Position numbers and translations under genes: made by a program. From Basidiobolus meristosporus CBS 931.73 (lineage: Eukaryota > Fungi > Basidiobolomycota): DNA of 64,000 nucleotides. This document shows, piece after piece, positions 14,036 through 28,271 of this stretch. The DNA lies in assembly GCA_002104905.1 (NCBI GenBank), contig MCFE01000178.1, positions 78,239-142,238 of the forward strand, written 5' to 3'. The notes beneath the pieces were generated by a model. The model did no database searches and was not told the origin of the DNA. It was given only the letters and a program-made list of their open reading frames with translations. Each line of letters opens with the position of its first letter. Position 1 is the stretch's first letter.

Positions 14036-17000
14036 ATGCCAGACGCTTCTATACATTCCGGTGCTGGCTTGCACCGGAAGAAGACCCTAACCCGTCCCGA
14101 CCGTAACCAGGCACCAGCGCCTATGGTAAGCGGCGACCAGACTCGAAAATCCCTTGACCCGTGGGTGGTCTTTTCCAATGTTGTTACTTTGTGGGCACCA
14201 GGCTTCCTGTTGGCCAGATTTGCAGGGATGGAGGAAAAGGCAATGCGTCAAGCCTGGAGAGAGAAGGTGGCCCTTTGTATGGTGATAGCTGGTGTATGCT
14301 CTATAGTTGCTTTCCTGACCATAGGGCTGCCGTTTGTATTCTGTCCTAAAAGCACGCTGGCGGATCTAAGAAACTTCAGCCAGATACATTCTAGTGCACC
14401 AGGTATGAGCCTTCGTCCGTTAACTACATTTGGACTGTTGGAAAGCTAAATTGTCAACTTCAAGGGATGGTTGGAATTGGGGGCATCATGTATTCCTTGC
14501 AAGATACGAAGTCCCTCCCTAAAGTGAATCTGGAGGCCATCCCGCCAGGCACAGACATAAGCAGCCTCTTCGACAGGTCCAGCAAGTTTGCAGCAGCCTG
14601 TCAAGACCCAAAGCTCTCGAACTATACTGCGTTCAGTTTTGACCCGTGCGCTCCGCACGAGCAATACAAGGGGTGCCAGTTCCCCCCGATCGAAGAAGCC
14701 ATTGAGAAGTACGGGATCGTCAGTACTGGTAAGAAGGTGGGCTACGATTGGGACGACGTTCCGGAGAATTTCGTCGTGATCGACGGGAACGTCCTGAACT
14801 TTAATCCATACCTCAAGGCGTATCCCACATCCATACCAGGCGATCCAATCGATGAAGCTATTCGCGAGTCTATCTACCAAGGAGTTGTGGACGCCACCAG
14901 GATATTTATCCGTAGACCGGCGCTGCAATCCTCCATAAAGTGCATGCAGAGGAAATACTTCGCCGGCTATCTTAGCAAAGCCACACCCGGGTGCTTCGGT
15001 GTGAAACTGTTTTTCATTGTGTCGATGGTGATCATCTTGGGGGTGGTCCTCAGTCGATTCATCATGGCGGTCATCTTCGACTGGTTCCTGTCCTTCGATC
15101 TGGCTAAACCGCCATCAAAGTCAGCGCCAAAGCCGCTGAAAATCTCTCAGAGCACCCCATGGATCCACTCAAATAACTCCTCGAGCACCTCAATGGCCTC
15201 GGGACAAACGCTGGTCGAAACGAACGATCTGTTCACCGTTCTCTTGGTAACCTGCTACTCCGAGGGAGAGAGCTCGCTTCGATGCACCATCGAGAGCCTG
15301 GCGGTTACCGACTACAGCGACAGGCACAAGCTTCTCTTCATCATTGCAGACGGGATCATTACCGGTAGTGGAAACGATAAAAGCACCCCGGACATCTGTG
15401 TTGATCTGATAGACATCGACCCTGCCTTCTCTAACCCGGAGCCGCAAAGTTATGCTGCCGTCGCTGCCGGATCAAAAAGACACAACATGGCCAAGGTGTA
15501 TGCCGGCCACTTCAGTATGTACACGCTCACGCCATGGCCCAGCTCGACAGTTGTCTAACCAAACACAATTCATTCCATAGATCATCAGGGACACCGTGTT
15601 CCCACCGTGGTCGTAGTCAAGTGTGGAAACCCAGAGGAGCAGGATCAGCCAAAGCCGGGGAATCGAGGCAAACGAGACTCTCAGATTATCCTGATAAACT
15701 TCTTCAGTCGAGTCACCTACAACGACCGAATGACTCCTCTTGACTTCGACCTGTTTCGGAAGATCAATCATCTGATGGGAGTAACCCCCGACTACTTCGA
15801 GGTGGTATTAATGGTAAATATCATATTGGCATTCGTCGGTGCAGCTTTCCCCGCTCTGACACCTCCTTGTAGGTAGACGCTGATACCAAGGTTTATCCGG
15901 ACTCCTTGCAGCTTCTATTGAACTGTGTTCAGAACGACCCTTTAATCATGGGGCTGTGTGGAGAAACTAGAATCGCAAACAAACGTGACTCATGGGTTAC
16001 GGCTATCCAGGTGTTTGAATACTACATCTCGCATCACTTGGGAAAAGGGTTTGAATCGGTCTTCGGTGGTGTCACCTGTCTTCCTGGGTGCTTCTGCATG
16101 TACCGGCTTAAAGCGCGTAAGGGAGACAACGACTGGATCCCCATCATCACGAAGCCGGAGATTGTTCAGGAATATTCACAAAATGTGGTTGAGACCCTTC
16201 ATCAGAAGAACCTTCTCCTCCTTGGAGAAGACCGTTTCCTAACCACGCTGATGCTAAGAAACTTCCCCAACCGTAAGATGATGTTCGTACCGCAGGCGAT
16301 TTGTAAAACCGTCGTTCCGGACTCCTTCAGTATTCTGCTTTCGCAACGTCGCCGATGGATCAACTCGACCATCCACAATCTCCTCGAACTCGCGCTGGTT
16401 CGAAATCTCTGCGGAACCTTCTGCTTCTCCATGCAGTTCGTGGTTGTTATGGAGCTAATCGGAACAGTGTCGCTGCCTGTTGCCATCATCATGACGTTCA
16501 TCCTCATCGCATCACTAGCACGAACCCAGTTCACCGATGCCGCCAGCTACTTTCCGCTAATACTCCTCCTGCTTATATTGTTTCTGCCCGCCGTGCTGAT
16601 CCTGATCACCACCAGAAAGGTCATCTACATCGCCTGGCTATTTATTTATTTATTGGCACTCCCGATCTGGAACTTCGTCCTTCCGGTATACGCGTATTGG
16701 CATTTCGACGATTTCTCTTGGGGTGAGACTCGGTACGTGTGCCATGCTTCCACTCAAGCCGTATATATGCCCAATTCTAACCTTCTAACCGCAATCATTT
16801 AGCAAAGTTGAAGGGGAAAAGCGAGGAGAAGACCACAGCAAGAAGGATGGCGAATTCGATGCGTCTAGTATCACCTTCCGACGATGGGAGGACTACGAGC
16901 GGCGTCGAATTCGAGGCATCCGACGACAGGAGCGTAAAAAGCAGCAAGGAAGAGCCGCGACTCGGCTGCATCATCAGCCTACTGCCAGCGATGGCGAGTC

Positions 17001-17133
17001 CATGAAGGGATTGATGGTGGATACGGACAACAGCAGTGAATCCTATTTTGACGGAGACTCCTCCAGGAGCATATCCCCCGATATAGCGATCCCTCACGCG
17101 GCATACGGAGTTCACAAACGGCCATATTTCTGA
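14036..17133 (+). CDS. Chitin synthase, division 2 (class IV-like, no myosin motor), 5 exons
   Basis: Motifs [60 protein letters not shown] introns at 14403-14464, 15515-15590, 15814-15872 and 16733-16802 restore one frame ending at TGA 17131-17133. Confidence 0.93.
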
Positions 17134-19377
17134 GCAGCTTGGCTTGCCACTCCTCCAAAAATATATTCCTTATTTAATTCATCGTATTTCAACTCGAGGT
17201 TGTCTGTAACATAGTTCCGCACTGAGAGAGCGTGTGTTTTGTGGCTTTCCCATGTTCGTAAATTTTCCCTGTTCTTTTATGTCTCGTATTCGTGTTTAGA
17301 TTTAGATCACAGCTATGACTATATTTAACATGTATTCCTCGGCATTGGCCGCTCAAAAATGAAAACTTGAAACGACTTTGAGCCTGGTTCGAAACCCCTG
17401 CGTCAATTGGTCTTGTCGCGTAGGAAGGGCGACGAGTGTGGTCAGAACACACCATCGAGCCGCTTCATCTGCACCTTAGGCCCTGGCTTTGGCTGTGCTC
17501 AGGGTTCATGGAGGCTTATATATTTGGCAGGTCAGCCCTGAGAGCCTCCGGTCTAGTGTGCACACAAAGCCTGTGTTCCAGAAGTGACCTTTGAGCAATC
17601 TACGGTTTCGCCACTGTAAAACGTGATGGTATCCCTGGCGTGGATCCCCACCAATTGCTCTCGCAATTCCAAACCTAGTTACACTCCAACGACCACTGGA
17701 GGTCACGAGCGGCCATCTAATCTGGATTCCCATTCTGCAGGGCTGGTTGGGTATTGCTTTGATCAAATGTTCCAGTTACGAGCAGCCATGGAATTCCGAC
17801 ACAGAGTGCATGCTAACTATTACGAGGTTCATTGCGGCTGGCCCGCCTATGAGGGAGCATGGGAGACGTGCTTGGCGGAGGTGGGTCCCGTTCGAGTGTG
17901 ATGCAAACGTCCACTCCGTAACTCAACCATCATTCCATACAACCAATCTCTAGCTGCCTACTGCCATATTAGTCGCCAGAGCCAGATTAGATGGTGTTTC
18001 AATCACGGACGCACACAGACAAATATTTGTACCACGTGTCTACTTAGTAAATACAGTGTCAATAATATCTGAGAGCCTCTGTGGAACGCTCGGTATTTGC
18101 TCCCCCATCATCGCCCGTATAGTCTGCTTGTGGAATGGGCTTGGCGTGACTAATTCCAGTTGCGGAGCCCTGTTACGCCATGAATTCAGAAACCTGTGCG
18201 TATGTTTACTGTTATTGCCGAGACCAACCTATATGGAGAAGGGACATTGCAGGTTACCCATGAAGGTTGAGCAGGTTAGGTCAACCATGATGTGGCATCC
18301 CCCAGACACCGCCGCCTTCCAGAAGAATTTGTGTAAATCATGGACATCTAAGGAAAGACAAAGCCTGAATGCAAGCGCAGAGGCTTCAGGTTGTGGCAGG
18401 GCACAAGCAGCAGCATGCCGAGCACAGTGAGTCCTCAACGGCCGGGGTGGCCCAACCAAAAGAGATTGGCGAGGTGAGGTGGAAGTGGAGTTGGGATTGG
18501 CAGAAGCGAAACTGGATTTCGTTCGGAACAAGGGCCCGAATGCGATCAGGATCATGAAAGCGGTTGAGGCCTCATTAGCCGTCCGTCGTCCACCAAGGCA
18601 GATGCTGAGGTGTGGGAGGGCCCTTTCGAAGGGACTCCCTGCTTTCGCAATCGAGTCGGGATTTTAACCACGATTTGCACAATAGAGTTTCAATGTGAAA
18701 CCTCAGTGACTCAATCCACCAACTGTCACATTGACCAGTGGTGTTTGCATCGCTCGGGCACAAACCTGATTAGATTCTGGCTCGCCCTTGGGTGGGATAG
18801 CGTGGCTCGCCTGACTATGCTTTGGGGTGCACTTCCTGGCTCAGTGGTTGGGGATTGTTGAACAAGCTGCTCATCGCCATCGTTCAGCGCTATATGCCCT
18901 TATCAGCTTGCGTGTTTTTGCTGGTGTCCTGCATCTATACGCTCTGGATCCTCGCAGAGATGAAAAAGTCAACAATCGCCCATGGAAAAGCCGAAATCTG
19001 CATCTGGCTATGGGATGGCAATCAGTGGCGTACGATTGAATTGGTGGAGGCTGCTCGCCTTCCACAGTGCTTATCCATGCTCTTGAGCTATCTTCATATG
19101 ATTCCTGTATCACCGTGATTGAGGCTCAGTGATGTTGTTGTATGCGATCGAGGGAGTTATGTAACCCTGACTCTACACCTCTCCATGAGATGCAAACACC
19201 GGGGAACCCGTATAAATCGCCTTCACAGCCTTGTGGGGGTAGGATTCTCTTGGTCTTCTTGCTCCACTTGTGCTCGACACAGGCTAACCACAACCTAGAG
19301 GATTTCTGTAGTTGAGCAGCTTAACTGTGACTGCAATCCGGTCAACCTGATAGAGAGGTCCATGAATTCCATGACAA

Positions 19378-20400
19378 ATGTTGGACCCCTCGTTAACCAC
19401 ATATTTCTCCATCCACGAAGCTACTGCTGACATTCGCAGCATTTATCATTCCGAGAGCGTAGTGGATGTTTTGGGATATGAACAGGACCAGGTCTTGGGA
19501 GTTTCACCCTACGAGTATTGTCACCCAGATGATGTTCATTATTTTAAAAAAGCCATTGACGAGTGTATTCAAAAGCAAAAAATAGGAGCCACACTGTACG
19601 TGAGGTTAAGGATAGAAGGAGGCTGGGCGGAGATAGAGTCGGTCTTCAATTTCTGTCATAATATGTTCATCCTGGCCCATAGATTAGCACACAAAGGTTT
19701 GTAGTACATAATACCTAGCGTAGCTGACATTTCCGTTGATGGTCAGTACTTCTAGAGAAACTCCCTGACTGCGTGCAACTAGCGCCGCACCGTATTCCCA
19801 AGGTAAGTCGAAAGTTCTTGGCCGTCTACCAGAGTGGAAGCGCAAAGCCCCGCTTGCTTTTTGCTTGAATATTAACACGCCATTCCTTAGAGTGGACGAC
19901 CGAGCCGAGGGGGCACAGCGCTAGAGTTTATCCACCCGCTTGCTCATCCCACTGAGTATGCTCTTAAGACGAAGCCTGAACCGCGCATTGGTCTGGTGCT
20001 AAACCGTTTCTCCTACTTCTGCTACGTCCAATATTGCAGTGATCTGGTGGGATATATGTTCGGCATCAGCCAGAGAGATATATTGGGCAATTCTTTCTAC
20101 AACTACGTCCACGAGGAGGACACGGAGAAATTGGAGGAGGAAATAACCAAGATCAAGGTGAACAACGGGTTTTGCGTCGTCTCGTTCACCTTTGTCTCTG
20201 CCTACGGAAATGTCCTGGTTCAAGGCTGCTTTTCGGCTACGATGGATGGGATCGTAGGGGTTCTTCGTCCGGGGAACACCGAGTTCGTTGCCCATCCTTG
20301 TAAATACAACGCATGTAGTAATCAATTAGACGAGAAAGAAGAGGAAGGTGCTGAGGAGAGGTTCATACAGATGGCAACTGAGGTTAAGAAAGAAAACTGA
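19378..20400 (+). CDS. Tandem PAS-domain protein (spliced), no output domain evident
   Basis: PAS-1: SESVVDVLGYEQDQVLGVSPYEYCHPDD. PAS-2: EPRIGLVLNRF...FGISQRDILGNSFYNYVHEED. Two probable GT-AG introns between ~19697 and 19890. Confidence 0.8.
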
Positions 20401-21625
20401 TGTGGCTAGGTTGACTGGAACCCTCCTAAGTTTGTTTAGAACGGTATACATGTTTCGTGTGTCATCCCGCGACTGTCTTACACGGGATCGATTTTGAAAC
20501 ACGCAATTGCGAATCTCAGGGGATCACCCGTTTGATATGCCACCAAACCACGGCACATGTAGAAATGGCCGAATACTCTCAGCCCAATGAAAGCTAGCAT
20601 GCTGGTCGACTTTTTCAATAATAGATGTTCTCGAAGATGAATTGTGCTGCCTTGATTCCCCTGTGGGATGAACCGGTGTTTGTGCCATCTCACAGGCGGA
20701 ATCAGGTGTTTAGGCATGGCATTCAAAGACTTCATATTGTATTTGCACCACCAGTCTACCGTAGTCACATTGGAATGCAGCCAGGGCCAAGTGACAAGCT
20801 TGCGCCTTGTTGGTGTGTTCAATAAACAGATCTGGCCTACTCGGCTCATCATTGTCGGGCACTTACTGGGTTGCCAAGGAGGTGTTGCTCCAGCCATACT
20901 CGGCTGGGTTGAAGGGAAGGCCCGCAAGCCCAGTCATACAACTGACCTAACCCCTACTTCGTGGTCGCAGCGGGATCCCTTTCGGAAAACAGCATCGCAC
21001 CATACAAGGTGGCAGTTGGACCTCTCCTTGAATCTCACTGGAAATGTTCCAGAGCTCCATACAGAGATCTCCAGTTGGCTCTGAATCTGCTGATACTTCT
21101 CTGGATATCACAGTCTCTTACATGGCCTGTAACGGACGCACGTCGCGAATGGGCCAATTGTTTATGAGTGGCGATACTTGTATTTCAACAAATGCACCAG
21201 AAATCACTTCAATCAACTCTACCAATGGTCGTCGAAAAGGATGAATCGCTGTTGATGCGCACACTTGCCTGGTACCAATCAAATGTGGCCCATCAACAGC
21301 AATCCCGATTTACGACGGAAGGTGTCGATCATGTAAACGGTCTGGGTGTCATGAAGGCGTGATTCAGGGTGTGAGGTGCGAGGGCAAGTGGATTACTACA
21401 GGGGCGATGATGATCTCGATTCATTAATTTATTAGAAAAATATCGATTGGGAAATATACATAGAGGATTCGATCAATCAGACGATCAATCAGCCTATAGC
21501 CATAAGTGAAACGATGAATTGGTTGTGAGGATAGTTGTGATACGATCTAATGGTTACGTTCTCATCTCATATACATGCCTGATAAGAGGTTAACTAGGAT
21601 CTGATGCATGCCAAGGCGCTCGTGC

Positions 21626-24134
21626 TCAAGAGGGTTCGCCCATGCTGGATGGCGACCACATCCCTTGCATGTTCATTTGGTTCACGCCATTCGTGTGCGA
21701 GTTATCCAGCATATTTTGGTCCATGTATTTGTTCCATTCTTCGACATCCATGGACATCGGGAAGCTATTGAAGAACAGCGGGCTCTCATTGATGCCGACG
21801 TTGTTGGGCGGGACACTCATGTATGGCTGCACATTGTTGGGATAGAGCGGGAGCTGGTTAACGGGTGTGTAGCCGATGTTGTTGCCGTCGTTATGGGGGG
21901 TATTGCTATACATGGAGTCCGCAAGGTTGAAGTTGTTGGGGTTGTTCACGTTGGGCGTAAAGTCGAATGAGTTTTCAACATACCCAGCGATGGCTGGCTG
22001 TGATACCGTGCTAGCAGGGCTAAGCATGACCGGAGAACGTCCAATGCTGTCCGAGGAGCCTGGAGTGTGTGCCGAGTGGCGGACGGAATACTCGGAGAGC
22101 AGCAGCATCACATCCGAATCGTTTCTTTTCGAGGGAACCGGCAGGATGTTGGATGGGTTGGGGCACGGAATCTCGTTCTCCAAAAGCTCGGGCACCAAAT
22201 TGCCCCGGTCACCGATGGTGATTTTCCGCTCGCTGAAGAGCTCTTTCAAGAAGACCAGACATGCGGTGGCTCCGAAAGAAGACATCGAGTACTTTTCGAG
22301 AATGTCAATGCTGACCACTAGATTGATGCGCGCTGCCTGAGCCAAGGCACGAATAGGCGAGAAGATGTTGAAGAGATATACACTGTTCGAGTTGTACACC
22401 CCAATCACCTTCAAAGGTATTCCGGTGATACGGTTCTCTTGTAGTGCCCGATCCTGCATGAAGGTGATCATGTTCGCAGCCCGAGTGCAAATGGCAAGCG
22501 ATGGCTGGTTGTCGAGGGTCTTGATTTGGTCGAGCTTTGGCAGGAAAGGGCGATGCAGAAGTATAAGGACCGTGTAGTAGAGCGTGCATATGATCTCGGC
22601 AAATGGGGTGTTGGCGCTGCTTCTGACGTTGTAATCGAATTCCGAGGGCAGGGCAGATTTCCACTCGTACAGCGCCTTGTTAAGCACTATGAGCATAGAG
22701 CTAACCCTAGAGGAAGATAGAGTGCGCACGGCATATATGGTCTTTAGAACTCTTCCGAAAATGAAGCTGAGCTTGATCAGCTGCACAAAGTATCTCAACG
22801 AGACATCCGAGTGCGCCTGCTGGGGGGATGGCAGCTCTTGACTGTTGTCGCTGGACATGGATGCCCCTCTATGAAACCCGGTTGGCTCTTCTTCACTGGT
22901 GTACACCAGCTTGGTGTCGAAGTCGTTCTCGTCGATCGAGATTGGTCGACCAAGGCTAGCACTGATAATCCGATCCACCACAAAGCATGCCCACCACACA
23001 CGCTTTCTGTTCTCAATTTCTATGAAATCCATGTTGCTGCGAGAGGCTTTCTTCAGATGGCGATGCAGGCCTATGTCTTGAGCCATCCGGATGGCCATTC
23101 CCAGGAACAACCACCCATCGCTAGAGAAAATTGACATCAACAGCAGCGCTTGGACAGTGGTCACCCGCGAGACTCGATACTGCTTGTCCAGCAGGTTCTT
23201 GGCGCGGTTGAAGAAGACGTCTCCCGACGAGCCGACCTTGGTAGGATTTGAGTATAGATCGCTATTTCCGGAATGGATACAGGCGATGGCCAATGCGGCA
23301 TTGACTAGGATAGCTGGGGGCTTGTCATTGCTGTAAATTCTTCTTAGGAAATCCCCTTTGTGAAATAAGGGCAGATATGGGTGGAATCTTTCAAAATAGA
23401 TTTCTAGAAGCTGGCTGAGCATCTCAGGAGTGAGGAAATCAATTGAAGGGTCGCACATAAGCTCAAACTCGATCTCTGGATTGCTTGAGCCGCCAGGCGC
23501 TTTCAGGTATTTCTTTTCGAACAAGGTGCTGTTCTTGTAGAACTTCCCCTGATTCAGCAGATACATGCCAGAGCTTGGGCCGAAGTATCTACACCGGTTT
23601 CGGTCTTCAAGGCTAAGGTTATGCACGCTAGCTTCGAGCTCGTCGTCTTCGCTCTCACTATATTTGGGGCACCATTGATGTTAACAAGTGATGAATAAAA
23701 GTGGCATAATATCCCTCCTACTCTGATATGGGGACGTCCTCGATGTCGTCAGGCACTAGAAATTGCTCTTCCACCGGCTCTTTTTTAAGCTTGGCAAGGG
23801 ACAGCCGCTCCTCCTCGCCTAAGGGGTCGCTTAGTCCCTGCAATTGTGCAAGAAGATTCTGTGCAATCGTAGGCTGCGTCTGGACGAGTTTATTTACTGT
23901 CGATTCGATCTGCATCAGTCGAGATTCTAACACTTCATTAAAATCTCTATATGAAGTGCGTCGATTGAGTGAATCGGTATAGGTACAATCGTAATCAAAC
24001 AAGAAGCAACTTTTGCATTTTGGCTTCGCTCCGTCGCACTTGACTTTTCTCTGGCGACACATGTCACAAGCTCTCCCTATCCTTCTCCTTCTCTGGGGAA
24101 CCGGACCTGTGGTTTGCTCATTCTTAGAGGCCAT
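21626..24134 (-). CDS. Zn(II)2Cys6 transcription factor with fungal-specific TF middle domain
   Basis: RACDMCRQRKVKCDGAKPKCKSC...C cluster. Intron 23658-23721 joins the two ORFs in frame. Middle-domain motifs YFERFHPYLPLFH, MAIRMAQDIGLHR, ENRKRVWWACFVVD. Confidence 0.93.
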
Positions 24135-25468
24135 ATTGTTCTGAACGATGGTTAAACAGCAGAGAGAAAATAATCTAAGTATACTTCATATAACATATGA
24201 GAATCTTATGCATGATTCACCATACCTGGTAACCCATATTCAGACTGCCAAATCGAAGGATTTTTTTGGCCCGGGATTTTAAATGGGCCTTCCTGTATGG
24301 GAAAATTGAAGCGTTCACATTGTTCCAAGTGATCCTGACTGATCCTCGATGTCTCTACAGTAACCCAAGAACATTCCGGTGTTCGCTATTTGTTTGTGTT
24401 AGGTCCAAGTAGCCCAGCAAGCTCAAACAGGTACCCTTCTACCTGATGCTAGCCATGATTCAGGCTAAATCCGGATCTTTCGGAGTTCAGCTCAGTGTGG
24501 TCTTTCTCAACCGGGCTAGAGGCTACCCCGCCCTTGATTGATCTCATGGAGCGATCAGGCGATTAATTCCTCACCCGACTTCGATCGAAGCCATGATCGA
24601 TCACCGCCGGGGAATGCACTACATCTTCGTGACAGTGTCTGTGATTAGGTCATGCTGAGTACAGACTTCGCCCCTCCTGCCACACGTAATGATGAATCTG
24701 GGCAAGACACAAGAGCATGAAGCCGCACCGCGCGGATACAGACAGATGGCAATTACCTGGTGTGCGCATTTTCTAGGATTCGGAATCACACGTGTGAAAC
24801 ATGATGTCACCACTACCTACTGCAACATGCTATCAAGTATGGGGTACGCTGTTGCTAAATTGACATATTGTACAGTCACATCAAGGCCGGATCAAAGTCA
24901 CCCTTGACAACCAATGGCAGGCGTAGAGGGTGGAGCCTAAATTGAAAAACAACGACCACGTATAGGGATTCCTCGATATATCTCCATGACTCTGTAGAAC
25001 CTTCCTCTATCTAGCCACCAGGCGTGGACTGCTCATTTCCGTGCCAGCGACTCTACCTCAATATGTCACATTTATGGTAGGAGGCGATGTATCTTTGCAT
25101 TCGGTCACCAGTCATCTGTCTTGATTTCTATTGGATACATCACACGGCTTCAGGATCAGCTTTTTAACATTGCGATGATGCCTGAAGATGCTCAATTTTA
25201 CTCAGGGCTTAAACCAGATCTCCTGCGTCTGAGTCGAGACCAATCCACTTGCAAGTCGAAAACCGAAACGGAGATACAAAGATGAGTACATCAAACCGCA
25301 TCACGTGATTTGCGGCAAACCTTATTTAAGCCTCGTTGAAACAAGGGGATAAAGTAGCACCATCATTTCAGATTTTGCCTGACTATTAAATCACGCCTCC
25401 TGGATCCACGTCGCCTTACTTGTTACCCACAACCTTGTCTCCCTGAGCATTTCTACACCGCGACCACA

Positions 25469-26389
25469 ATGGAGTCATCATCGCTACGATCCCCCCAAAA
25501 CGTAAACGACGTTCTAGCATCCAAGAAATTCACAGACGAGCAACTCGCTACACAGCTTGAAAGTATGCCTTCAGAGATGCGCAAGGTCTCCATAGATGGC
25601 GTAGTCCCAGATTCGGACGAAGAGAAAGAGAGGAAACCATCGGTGACATTTGTTGAAGATCAAGCATTAGAGCATGACGTTGACGCCGAGTCGGACTTCT
25701 CAGCCTCACCAATCATGTCGGTCAGCATTAGTGGCGAGCAAATACCACACGATGTACTGGTAGCCATGAGAGACCGTGATGCGGAAATGCGAGAGCTGGT
25801 ATCTCTAAACAAAGAGTTTTTCGGAATGATCCGGCGCTCCCTTGATTCCAGGGAAACTTGGAGAATGTTCTTGGGCATCATATATTCCCCAAGAGAGCGC
25901 CTGCCAGACAAGATCTGGATTGAGAAGATCCAAAGCCTCCTCCACCATGCACCCTCCATGCTACATAAATTCTACGAATTGGTAGGCTATGACGCCGTCA
26001 TGTGGGATGGCTACTACGAGGAGGAGAATGATGAGCCTGATTTTGAAGAGATCAGCATTCTGGCCGTCCGCGATCTGACCGACACATCTCTAACGCAGTT
26101 CGAGCAATCTTATCCGCAATTCTTTATTAATGTACATGAGCATCTGCAACAGCGCAATCCCAAGGATGCGGAAGAAGAGTACGCTGCATTCAAGAAGACC
26201 CTCTTCTGCAAAAGAGAGGAGCTCAGCGACTACGATTGGATCAGCTCCATAGAGCAGTTTTTCAATGGATCGCCGACCTTGGAATCTCAGCTGAAAGAGC
26301 TGATTGCATATGAGATCGAGAATGACGAGTCTGAGAGCGGAGAGCCGGTCATGGATATGGAAGAAAAGATATTAAATGATTTTGAATGA
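25469..26389 (+). CDS. Hypothetical acidic protein with two internal helical repeats
   Basis: ATG-initiated 306-aa ORF in CpG-rich genic sequence. Repeat pair IYSPRERLPDKIWIEKIQSLL...FYELVGYD and FCKREELSDYDWISSIEQFF...LKELIAYE. Confidence 0.7.
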   Translation: MESSSLRSPQNVNDVLASKKFTDEQLATQLESMPSEMRKVSIDGVVPDSDEEKERKPSVTFVEDQALEHDVDAESDFSASPIMSVSISGEQIPHDVLVAMRDRDAEMRELVSLNKEFFGMIRRSLDSRETWRMFLGIIYSPRERLPDKIWIEKIQSLLHHAPSMLHKFYELVGYDAVMWDGYYEEENDEPDFEEISILAVRDLTDTSLTQFEQSYPQFFINVHEHLQQRNPKDAEEEYAAFKKTLFCKREELSDYDWISSIEQFFNGSPTLESQLKELIAYEIENDESESGEPVMDMEEKILNDFE

Positions 26390-28271
26390 TTCTCTAGTCC
26401 TCTTACCTTAATGACTGGCAGTACGTGTAAATGACTATTATAATTAACTATTAAACAATGATAATTTACTTCCTGACTTGCACCGATGCATCAGTAATCT
26501 AGAAGACACCGTTCATGTCATATTGAGGTCATCCATTTATTGTTGAGGTCATTATCAGGGCGGAGGTTGAAGCCCAAGAATGACGAGACCAAGTGGCAAG
26601 CAAGCCTTACGCACTTGAGCCGAAATTGATTCGGCCCGATAAGGCTCGGATCCAGGATCGGGCCTTTCGCTGGGATCCAATTTAAACAAAACGCTACCAA
26701 CTGACTAGGCCTTCTAGACTCCATACGGTAGAAGGAACCCAGGGAGTCTCTGCCAAGTCATTCGTATGTTGGGAATTCCATTTATTCATCTGGACACGAA
26801 TTTATATCGACCACCACTCTCCAAGAACAGAGACGCTATGGATCCTCCCGAAGACCGCCAATTTCCCTAGCATCTGGTTTTGTTGACGTATACTGAGATG
26901 ATGTCTGTCTGCGGTGCAAATCAGAGCCATACTGGATCTCATGACGGTGTTAATCATGCGTATATTTTGGGCGCGTACCACTGTGACCACCCAAGCCATA
27001 TATGTATGCGCCCCATATTTATCCACCAAAGTTGTCAGACCTGTGGCTCCAATGGAAACAGCATAGCATCCATCAACCAAATCGTATCAAGCGTGCGGTC
27101 ATTTTGGAAATCTGATAGTCAGTGGAGTGCTGTCTTGTGGGCTTGGCAATGGAAGTCCTACCATCCGTTTGTGGCCTACATATCTTGCTGATTTTGAGTG
27201 CAATCCGCTGATACATGATCATGGACCAACCGGAATATACTGGTTGGCTTAGGTGCCTGGCCCATAACGTCCACTGGACACCCTGAAATAGCAGGAGCGC
27301 AACCTATTTCTTTGGTAGGCTCTACCTAACAACTGATTTTTCATTTCCCAAGCACTTATATGGGGTATAATGTAGATCATGCATTGTGGGCTAATGTCAC
27401 CGCCCATTCCTACGTTAAATACAGTAAATTTCGGATGGCTGACGGCAGGTTGGTTGGCGACGATATCTCCCGTTTATTCATGGAGGTGCCCTGTTCTCAC
27501 GAAGAGATGATAAGCAGCACTGCAAAGCTGATGTGATTCATCCAAGTGTCGAGGGACCCAAGGCTTCAAGCGAATCCCTGCTCAACCAAGGTTCTACGAG
27601 ACCACGCCTTGATACCTCCCACTCATTGGTCAGGTGGGTGCTGGTTCTGATCCGGTCCCGGTCCCGGTCCTGCTCCCGAAACATTGCTGCGTTTGACACA
27701 TCGTCCAAATTGGCCATGTTGCTGGTGAGAAATCACCAAACCACCATTTGGACAAGCGGTTTGGTCAACATCATAGAGATAATCAGCTGCGTGATAGATA
27801 AAAGAATGGTTAGCATCTTCGATTCCCAAGAGCGCATCCAGGGTCCGAGATTAAGAGAAAGAGTGTGTTGCAGCCGTCAAAGGAACGGCTATCACCATAG
27901 TTTCCGCGGAAATACATGAATATATTCCTGCCACTCCAGGCCTTCGAAGCCCATATGGTAGTCGAGATATGGGATGCAGGTTCTATTTCAGATGATATCG
28001 ATGTTTCAGACATTTTCGTGGCTCAGAGGGCAACGGGGATTCAATGGTGTACCAACATCAGCCAGGCCAAACCACCACAGGTAGCTTATCATAGCCCCGC
28101 GACTACGTTTCTCAACATCTTTATTGCTATCTTGAGTATATACTTCGAGTTGGTCTCGCTTGAGAATACACGCCTTCAACTGACCACAAATTAAACTATA
28201 CAGGTAATATTGGAGATACGAGATACCGCGTTAGATAATGTTCAGGTATCGGCATTCGTACTAGGTGAGGC

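Noticed and set aside
17380-17400. B-box-like GGTTCGAAACC
   Set aside because: No A box or cloverleaf upstream.
19378-20400. White-collar/LOV photoreceptor
   Set aside because: No GxNCRFLQ motif in either PAS domain.
10340-23336. Numerous 60-160 aa ORFs overlapping the SH3, chitin synthase and Zn2Cys6 genes
   Set aside because: Antisense or alternate-frame shadows of GC-rich coding sequence.
26700-28200. Possible spliced or decayed gene on the minus strand
   Set aside because: Short frames with no recognisable domain; could not build a consistent model.
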